Assembly: GCA_041748515.1 (NCBI GenBank)
Contig: JBGTDB010000324.1
Span: forward strand, 1-26,572
Direction of reading: 5' to 3'
Source of the DNA: Phycisphaerae bacterium
GTDB lineage: Bacteria > Planctomycetota > Phycisphaerae > UBA1845
DNA length: 26,572 nt
Shown: one piece after another, positions 19,343 through 26,007 of the stretch
How positions within the stretch are numbered: position 1 is the first letter of the stretch
How the letters are laid out: every line of letters begins with the position of its first letter
Notes under the pieces: model-generated
Database searches by the model: none
What the model saw: only the letters and a program-made list of their open reading frames with translations
What the model was told of the DNA's origin: nothing
Made by a program: the position numbers and the translations under genes

Positions 19343-19576
19343 GGTTGCTCTCCGACGCACACGTTGCACACGAGCACGACCGGCGAGAAATTCGGCAAAG
19401 CGCGACGTAGCCTTTCCGAAGAGGAGTTGAGCAAGCGGCCCAACCAGATCGCCCGGCTGTTCGAGCAATCCAGCCACCCGAGGCGGCTAGTTTCCGCGGG
19501 TATTCAAGCAGGGTCACTTTGACGTAACGGGCGGCAAAAATATGGCGAGCAATGAACTACGCGGTACCATTCCCCT

Positions 19577-21402
19577 GTGGCCCTGCGTGAATACAAACGA
19601 AAACGCAATTTCGATGTGACCAGCGAGCCGGGCGGTTCGAAGAAAAGAAAAACAGCGCAGCACCTGTTCGTAGTGCAAAAACATGCGGCTACCCGCCTGC
19701 ACTACGATTTCCGCCTGGAGTTCGATGGCGTGCTAAAAAGTTGGGCAGTGCCCAAAGGGCCGAGTCACCGCAGCTTGCAACCCGCATGGACGTGGTGCCC
19801 GAAGGCGACGATTGGATCCACGAAATCAAACTCGACGGTTATCGAATCCTCTGCGTCCTGGATAACGGGAGCGCGCGCCTTCTATCGCGCAATGGGTTGG
19901 ATTGGACAGATAAGTTTCCTGAAATCGCCAAGACCGTAACTTCACTGGGCGTCAATGGTGCGATCATCGATGGCGAGGTGGTGGCGCTAAATCCATCCGG
20001 TGTGCCGGATTTTCAGGCACTACAAAACCGGCTGAAAGGCACCACGGAGACACCATTGGTGTACTTTGCATTCGACCTAGCCTTCTGGGAAGGCTACGAC
20101 TTACGACGCGTAACGCTGATTGAGCGGAAGAAGGTGCTCAAGAAGTTGATCGCTTCGTTTGGCAAGGGTCCCTTGCGTTACAGCGATCACATCGCCCGCG
20201 AAGGATCGAAGATGCTGAAAGAAGCATGCCGGCTCGGCGTGGAAGGCATTGTTTCGAAGCGCGCGGACAGCCTCTATCTCTCAAAGCGGAACCTTGATTG
20301 GATCAAGATCAAGTGCAAGAGAGGTCAGGAGTTCGTAATCGGAGGCTTCACTGACCCGAGCGGCTCCCGCCAATCGTTCGGGTCGTTATTGGTTGGATAC
20401 TACGACGATAGCGGCCACCTACGTTACGCGGGGCGGGTCGGCACCGGCTTCGACGACGCTGGTTTGACCCAGCCAGGGGCGAAACTTCGGAAGCTAGAAA
20501 TCCCAAAGAGCCCATTCGTCGACGCCCCCCGCAGCCGGGGTTTTCATTGGACCCGCCCTAAGCTGGTTGCAGAAGTCGAGTTCTCGGAAATGACGCGAGA
20601 TGGGAAGTTGAGGCATCCCGCTTTCAAAGGTTTGCGACAAGACAAGCCAGGCAGGGAAGTTGTGCTAGAAGAATCCTCGGCAGGGCGAAATGGCAAGGCG
20701 AATAAAATCTCCGCCGCATCATTCATCGAATCTCCTGGTAAGCGAGCGCCTTCAACGAAACCTCTTTCGAACAACCTGGTCGCGGGCGTCTCCCTCACGA
20801 ATCCTGACAAGGTCTTTTACCCCGACGACGGTGTGATGAAGCGCGACCTTGCCCTTTATTACGAGGCCCTCGCTGAAGTGATGCTTCCACATGTTGCAGG
20901 CCGCCCATTGATGATCGTTCGGTGTCCCGAAGGCATTGGCGGAAAGTGCTTCTACCAGAAGCACCTGAACACTACGCTCCCTCCGGCGTTTCGCGGTGTC
21001 GAGATCCAAGAAAAGAAAACTCGTGGAACTCACCTTGTGCTCGATGACGTGCGCGGACTAGTCTCGCTGGCGCAGATGGGGGTTCTCGAAGTCCATACCT
21101 GGGGCTGTCGGGCAGATCAAATCGAACGACCGGATCGACTCATCTTTGACCTCGACCCATCGCCGGAGGTAGCGTGGGACGCCATCGCCGAGGCGGCCTT
21201 CTTGTTACGCGCCCTACTATCAGAGCTGGATCTCAAGAGTTTCGTTAAAGTTTCGGGGGGTAAAGGGCTACACGTCGTGCTTCCAATCGAACGGCGATAC
21301 ACGTGGGAACATCGCCCCGCCAGACTTACGCACTGGCTTACGCAAAGGCATGGCCGGGTATGGCCGGAAAGGTCCGGGAAAGGCACTTTGTACAGATCGT
21401 GA
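19577..21402 (+). pseudogene. ligD: NHEJ LigD remnant (PE stump, ligase+OB, truncated polymerase)
   Basis: PE motifs [35 protein letters not shown] end at 19765. Out-of-frame junction to PQLAT at 19768. Ligase motifs [27 protein letters not shown]. Pol motifs FDLDP and SGGKGLHV; similarity ends near 21310. Confidence 0.88.
21325..21368. repeat. Tandem short repeats left of att copy 1 (arm-site-like)
   Basis: CTTACGCA at 21325 and 21337; ATGGCCGG at 21350 and 21360. Confidence 0.55.
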
Positions 21403-21419
21403 AACCGAGGCCGGGAAAG

Positions 21420-21450
21420 TCGTAACCTTCGGTGCCACCGAAGGTTACGA
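21420..21450. repeat. Perfect 31-bp palindrome (one central base); terminator or protein-binding dyad
   Basis: TCGTAACCTTCGGTG-C-CACCGAAGGTTACGA, ending 10 bp from the att core. No strong U-tract on either strand. Confidence 0.8.
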
Positions 21451-21460
21451 ACGATCCGAA

Positions 21461-21484
21461 GAATGGAGGCGGGGGGAATCGAAT
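21461..21484 (-). repeat. att core copy 1: 3'-end fragment of tmRNA (ssrA), or tRNA-Ala
   Basis: Minus strand A-TTCGATT-CCCCC-CGCCTCCA-TTC gives T-loop, 3' T-stem and acceptor strand with U70/A73 alanine-type identity. The 5' T-stem is absent. Identical to 24109-24132. Confidence 0.85.
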
Positions 21485-21616
21485 TCGACACCGAAAGGCG
21501 GTGAAAACCGCGTTTTCCAACCAAAAAATGCGGATTTGCCGAGGGTTACGCGAAAAGTCGACCTGACCACTTGCGACCCATGAAGACTCTTCAAAACCAT
21601 CAGAGACCCCTTTTTG

Positions 21617-21634
21617 CGTGTACCTATCGTGTAC
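21617..21634. repeat. Tandem CGTGTAC x2 (arm-site-like)
   Basis: cgtgtac-ctat-cgtgtac, 11-bp period, about 130 bp inside att copy 1. Confidence 0.55.
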
Positions 21635-21709
21635 TTCGACCGACGCCTCGCTGCTTTCCCATGCTCGTCCCGGTGGCCTGAAAGTGTTGTTCCCCTGAGA
21701 GTTCCAGCG

Positions 21710-21749
21710 GAATTGGCTACTCGCCGATGAATCGGCTATTATTCGGCTA
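21710..21749 (+). repeat. Three ~10-bp repeats upstream of Fic copy 2
   Basis: GAATTGGCTA (21710), GAATCGGCTA (21729), TATTCGGCTA (21740). Confidence 0.7.
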
Positions 21750-21769
21750 CTGGCCACGAGAAAAAAACG

Positions 21770-22816
21770 ATGTCGACCCTGAACCCTGAACGCCTGCACG
21801 ACTTGTCTATACCGTTGAGTACGAGTTGGCTGCTGTCCGCCTGCATGGAAGCCAAGGGCAAACAGGACCTATGGATCCGCCAAAAGCCAGAAGTGTTGGA
21901 GGCCCTGCGCGAACAGGCCATCGTTCAAAGCGTCGAATCATCCAATCGGATCGAGGGCGTAACGGTTGACCGAGATCGCCTGCGGCCCCTGGTGCTTGGC
22001 CAGGCGAGGCCGCGCGATCGCTCGGAGGAAGAGGTGGCCGGTTATCGCAAGGCGATCGATTGGGTGTTCACGCGAAAACGTCGAGTAGCCATCGAGCCGC
22101 ACGTCATTCAGCACCTTCACGCCCTGGCACAAGGTGGAATGTCGGGGGACGCTGGCAAGTGGAAGCGCAGGGATAACGAAATCATCGAGATTCTGCCGAG
22201 CGGCGACCGCCGCGTACGCTTCAAGCCCACTCCGGCCAAGGCAACGCCGCAGGCGGTGGCGAAACTCTGCCGTGACTATCACGCCGCTTGTGAGGGAGAA
22301 CCAACGCCTGCGCTGATCGCCGTCGGAACCTTCGTGTTCGATCTGCTTTGCATTCATCCCTTTCGCGACGGCAATGGCCGCGTGTCGCGATTGATCACGA
22401 CCATGCTGCTGTTGGAACAGGGATTCGAGGTGGTCCGGTACATCAGCCTCGAACGACTCGTTGAGGAAAGCAAGGCAGATTACTACAGCGTTCTGGAAAG
22501 ATGTTCAACGGATTGGCACGCGGGCAAGAACGAGATTGTTCCGTGGTGGAACTACTTCCTCGGAACGATTCGGCGTGCGTACGATGAGTTTGCGGCGCAC
22601 GTGGAATCCTCCGACCGCCGCTCAGCCAAGGGTGACCTCGTACGCCGAGCGGTCCTGGATCAGGCGGGGCCGTTCTCACTGGCGGAATTGCACGGCCAAC
22701 TTCCCGCCGTCAGCGTCCAACTCGTCAAGAGAGTCCTGGCGGAAATGAAGGCGGCGGGCGAGGTTCAGCTCAAGGGCCGAGGACGCGGAGCACTTTGGGA
22801 ACGAATCTTGCAATAA
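21770..22816 (+). CDS. fic: Fic-family protein (class II-like, C-terminal wHTH), copy 2
   Basis: HPFRDGNGRVSR, SSNRIEG, EEEVAGY, and C-terminal HTH ...GRGRGALW. Confidence 0.92.
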   Translation: MSTLNPERLHDLSIPLSTSWLLSACMEAKGKQDLWIRQKPEVLEALREQAIVQSVESSNRIEGVTVDRDRLRPLVLGQARPRDRSEEEVAGYRKAIDWVFTRKRRVAIEPHVIQHLHALAQGGMSGDAGKWKRRDNEIIEILPSGDRRVRFKPTPAKATPQAVAKLCRDYHAACEGEPTPALIAVGTFVFDLLCIHPFRDGNGRVSRLITTMLLLEQGFEVVRYISLERLVEESKADYYSVLERCSTDWHAGKNEIVPWWNYFLGTIRRAYDEFAAHVESSDRRSAKGDLVRRAVLDQAGPFSLAELHGQLPAVSVQLVKRVLAEMKAAGEVQLKGRGRGALWERILQ

Positions 22817-22843
22817 CAATGGCTGCTCGAACGAACCAGTTAG

Positions 22844-23362
22844 ATATGCATCGACGCCGAGTGCGTGGGGCGGCAGCGCCGGCGTGTGCAAGATCGACGT
22901 CAAGCCGTAGCCAAAAAGAAGAACCATGAATTCGGACGGCGTCAGAAGCTGATGGAACACGCAAACCGTTGGCACGACGCCCAATGCATTCGCGACTACC
23001 TTTCCGCCTTGCAGGTGGCCATCGACGCGGAGCGGGTACATCCCGTCGACGAAGCAGGCTTCCGCGAGTGGTTCGACTGGGCAACCTAGTACGCCGATTC
23101 GATCGACCCGATCCTTCAAGCACCTTACCCGGATGAAGAGCACGAAGATCCCGTCCACACGCCCATGACGGAGCTTAACCTCACGGCCCGAGGGCGCGCC
23201 GTCATTGCCGAACTGGAAGTTGGCGATTCGGACGAACTGGCGCGGTTGCCGTTGGGCCGGATCAGTGAAGCCTGCGGCTACTATGACTCGGCAACCCGGC
23301 AGGAGATCCAACGCGTACTGGAGGGCTTGGGCTACGCGACCGCGAAGTTCGAGGACCACTAA
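22844..23362 (+). pseudogene. 5'-truncated gene with internal TAG; C-terminal RNAP alphaCTD-like domain
   Basis: ORFs 22865-23089 and 23165-23362 are one frame: ...WFDWAT*YADSIDP...MTELNLTARGRAVIAELEVGDSDELARL...TRQEIQRVLEGLG. Confidence 0.55.
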
Positions 23363-23602
23363 GGCTGGTGACGGGCACGATGGACGACCCCCGCGATGCT
23401 CGGAGGCACGGGCCGCCCCACCCTAACACGCAGGAATGCGAAGCCTTCAAAATGAGGGAAAGCGCGGTTACATTGAGGGTGGCGTACCTGGGGCCGGCCC
23501 ACGATGTCGGAGGTGGAGGGTAAGATGCAATCCGGCACGAGGGTCCAACGCCGAGTCGCGTGACCGAGGTTCGTGGAACGTGGCCACTCCATGAGGGCAA
23601 GA

Positions 23603-23716
23603 ATGGGAACGGAACGGATTAAGACCTTCGTTTACCTCAACGCCGAGAAATCGAGCGTCTACCGCGCGGTTATGCGCGTCTTCACGGAGGCAAAGGCGAG
23701 ATTCGCGTTGCAACTG
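23603..23716 (+). pseudogene. jetA: 5' stump of TIGR02677/DUF2397 protein (type II Wadjet JetA)
   Basis: MGTERIKTFVYLNAEKSSVYRAVMRVFTEAKARFALQL resembles, from recall, the F.Y..AE....YRA.MR.F..AK.RF.L.L N-terminus. Similarity ends after 38 codons. Confidence 0.65.
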
Positions 23717-24108
23717 CCGACCGGTGTTTGCCACCACCTTTTGCTGGTGACACGCCGGCTCCCGATCCTCTTTATATTCTCATTTCTTGTCAGCCGGCTT
23801 TAACCGGGCTTGCGCGTGCTCCTCCCGAAGCGGCGTTGCTCGGCCACCTTTCGATGCACGACTTGTAACACGGTACCGATCAAACGAACTTTCCAATCAC
23901 CGCTTTCAGCCGGCCATGACCCTCGATTGGCTATTCAAGACAAGGTCTTCAATGGTCTCGTATGGTCTGAAGCGTGAGGGAGTTGCGAATCCCCCCGCCC
24001 TTCGGCGTAAACACCGAAAAAATGGGGATATCTGACCCTTCATGAGGCGAGCACACGCATTTCTTGGTGTGCGAGAAACTCATAACCTATTGTAAATAAA
24101 TGACTTAC

Positions 24109-24132
24109 GAATGGAGGCGGGGGGAATCGAAT
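24109..24132 (-). repeat. att core copy 2: 3'-end fragment of tmRNA (ssrA), or tRNA-Ala
   Basis: GAATGGAGGCGGGGGGAATCGAAT, 24/24 identical to 21461-21484. Confidence 0.85.
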
Positions 24133-24338
24133 CTTCCTCGAATTCCTCGGAAAATAAGCCCAATTCTAAATCGCGCGGCACAGAATCCGGCACACTTAGC
24201 AAGGCTTCGCATCCGGTCGCAGCCCACGGAACCGAGTTGCAAATTGTCGTTGATGCTTGGTCATCGCTACCGGCTGCGCTGCGCGCACGCATCCTCGGAA
24301 TGGTCGAAGGCGCGACCGCCGCACGGGAGGAGGATTGA
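24111..24338 (+). CDS. att-initiated small ORF with C-terminal VVDAW..LP...RA.IL.MV helical motif
   Basis: ATG lies within the att core. The stop is 3 bp before the next ATG and the last codons supply its GGAGGAGG RBS. The N-terminal half may be non-functional. Confidence 0.45.
   Translation: MEAGGIESSSNSSENKPNSKSRGTESGTLSKASHPVAAHGTELQIVVDAWSSLPAALRARILGMVEGATAAREED
24176..24194. repeat. Tandem CGGCACA x2 (arm-site-like)
   Basis: cggcaca-gaatc-cggcaca, 12-bp period, 43 bp inside att copy 2. It also encodes GTESGT. Confidence 0.55.
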
Positions 24339-24341
24339 TCG

Positions 24342-24716
24342 ATGGATTGGTCAATGCCCGACATCCCGGCCAAGTATCGCAAGCTCTATGAGCGAGCCCG
24401 AGCCGGTAAGCCCAAGGCGGCGATTCGAGCGCATTGCCTGATGTGCGTGGGCTGGGAGCCGGCTGAAGTCGAACGCTGCACAGCCACGGGCTGTCCGCTC
24501 TACTCACTCCGAAACTTGGCCGCTCAGGCCGCGACCGAAGCGGGAGATAGGGCCAAACGGCGGGAAAGGGCCCTCAAGGCCGGTCATCGACCCCCGAAAC
24601 CTGCCCCAGTAGATGGGCACGGTGCCCAGGAAGTCGGCCCGATTTTGAACGCTACGGAACCTCTTCGTGGCAAATCCTTGCCGGAACCCGTTTTGGAGCA
24701 AACTGGCATGAAATGA
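24342..24716 (+). CDS. Small phage-type Zn-finger-like protein
   Basis: AIRAHCLMCVG...VERCTATGCPLY..R (C2-C2) with a strong RBS. Confidence 0.75.
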   Translation: MDWSMPDIPAKYRKLYERARAGKPKAAIRAHCLMCVGWEPAEVERCTATGCPLYSLRNLAAQAATEAGDRAKRRERALKAGHRPPKPAPVDGHGAQEVGPILNATEPLRGKSLPEPVLEQTGMK

Positions 24717-24717
24717 A

Positions 24718-24761
24718 AAACCCGCTCCGGTCCAATTCCACTCGGACACCGGGGCGGGTTT
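24718..24761 (+). promoter_or_regulatory. Hairpin immediately upstream of the Prim-Pol start
   Basis: AAACCCGCTCCGGT-16 nt-ACCGGGGCGGGTTT, 14-bp stem with one G-U pair in RNA. Confidence 0.55.
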
Positions 24762-24765
24762 GGGA

Positions 24766-26007
24766 ATGACGGCGATGAGTATACGACCATGTACGACCAA
24801 AGACCAGTCCGCGCGGCATGCACCCCGGAAATCCAACGAGGCGAGTCTGAAAACGGAAGGCCTTTCCTACCTTGCACGGGAATGGTCCGTGATCGCAGTC
24901 AAGGACAAGAAGGCGGTCGGCCGCTGGAAGGAATTCCAGTCACGCCGGCCCAGCGTCGAGGAACTCGAAACCATGCTCGGCGTGGCGGGCGTGACCGGAA
25001 TCGCAGTGATCTGTGGTCCGGTCAGCGGCGGATTGACCTGCCGCGACTTCGACGATCCGGCCGCATACGAGCAATGGCGGCAAGTCCATCCCGACCTGGC
25101 CGCTACATTGCCAACCGTGAAAACGGGACGGGGCTACCACGTCTACTTCCGCAGCACAGTGCGGTCGATTCGGCACCTTGATGATGGCGAACTGCGAGGG
25201 AACGGCTGCTGTCTGCTGCCACCGTCAATTCATCCGTCGGGGAGTCCGTACGCCTGGATTGTGCCGCTTCCCGCGGCTGAATTGCCGTTTGTCGATCCGG
25301 TGCAATCCGGTCTTGTACCCGTTGGGACAGAGAGGACAGAGTGGACAGAGTGTACGGAGAAGGACAGAGTAACTGAAAGCAATGGTGGGGTTTGTCACTC
25401 CGGTGCTACGCAACACGTCACACGCATTCGCAACGGAACCGATATTCGTGATCTCGAAGAGCGCATCGAGCAGGCGATCCGGGCGACCCTGCCTCAGCGT
25501 CCCGGCGAACGAAACCGGCGTATCTTTGACCTGGCGCGGCACCTGAAAGGGATGCCGGAGCTTGCGGGGGCCGATCTACGAGACCTGCGGCCCATTGTGG
25601 GGCAGTGGCATTCTCTGGCGCTCTCGGTGATCACGACCATGCCATTCGAAGATACCTGGGGTGACTTCCAGTATGCCTGGGCGAATGTTCGATTTGCCAA
25701 GGGGGACGATCCCGTGCAGACCATTTTGCAACGTTCCGAAGGGCGGCCTTTCCCAGTCGAGGCGGACCTTTACGAGGCGGTCAATACCAGACGACTTCTG
25801 CGGTTCTGTCGCGAGTTTCAGCGAGAAGCCGGCGAGAACCCCTTCTTCCTGTCATGCCGAAAGGCAGGCGAACTCTTTGGGATGGATCACCGAACGGCTG
25901 CACGACGGCTCAAGGCAATGTGCGGGGACGGCCTGCTGGAGGTCGTCGAGTCCGGCGGAATGCGGGCCAACCGCTATCGGTATCGTGGGATTTTGGATGA
26001 GGCATAG
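24766..26007 (+). CDS. Bifunctional DNA primase/polymerase (Prim-Pol) with PriCT-like and C-terminal HTH regions
   Basis: K.....W..FQ, GIAVICG..SGGL..RDFD, VKTGRGYHVYF, LRG....LLPPSIHPSG..Y.W, GERNRRIFDLARHL, and C-terminal SCRKAGELFGMDHRTAARRL. Start is 24760, 24766 or 24775. Confidence 0.88.
   Translation: MTAMSIRPCTTKDQSARHAPRKSNEASLKTEGLSYLAREWSVIAVKDKKAVGRWKEFQSRRPSVEELETMLGVAGVTGIAVICGPVSGGLTCRDFDDPAAYEQWRQVHPDLAATLPTVKTGRGYHVYFRSTVRSIRHLDDGELRGNGCCLLPPSIHPSGSPYAWIVPLPAAELPFVDPVQSGLVPVGTERTEWTECTEKDRVTESNGGVCHSGATQHVTRIRNGTDIRDLEERIEQAIRATLPQRPGERNRRIFDLARHLKGMPELAGADLRDLRPIVGQWHSLALSVITTMPFEDTWGDFQYAWANVRFAKGDDPVQTILQRSEGRPFPVEADLYEAVNTRRLLRFCREFQREAGENPFFLSCRKAGELFGMDHRTAARRLKAMCGDGLLEVVESGGMRANRYRYRGILDEA

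Larger units (their letters stand above)
21461..24132. mobile_element. 2648-bp integrase-less island or remnant between two att cores
   Basis: Bounded by identical 24-bp direct repeats. Contains Fic copy 2 and gene stumps; no recombinase ORF. Confidence 0.7.

Noticed and set aside
19751-19770. Programmed frameshift joining the LigD PE and ligase frames
   Set aside because: The C-CCA-AAG heptamer is not in the PE reading frame, and most of the PE domain is missing, which indicates a deletion.
23087-23089. Amber readthrough or pyrrolysine at the in-frame TAG
   Set aside because: The gene is also 5'-truncated and there is no pyl machinery in the window. A nonsense mutation is simpler.
23380-23523. 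Short ORF MDDPRDARRHG...
   Set aside because: No recognisable motif or context support.
23986-23999. Inverted near-copy of the att core (CGAATCCCCCCGCC, 13/14)
   Set aside because: Short and dominated by a C-run in GC-rich DNA, and it lacks the CTCCA end. It cannot be distinguished from chance without statistics.
21461-24132. Intact tmRNA or tRNA gene at either repeat
   Set aside because: Similarity stops in the T-loop. There is no 5' T-stem (GGGGG) or upstream body, so these are displaced fragments only.
21461-24132. CRISPR array from the 24-bp repeats
   Set aside because: Only two copies, 2.6 kb apart, and no cas genes.
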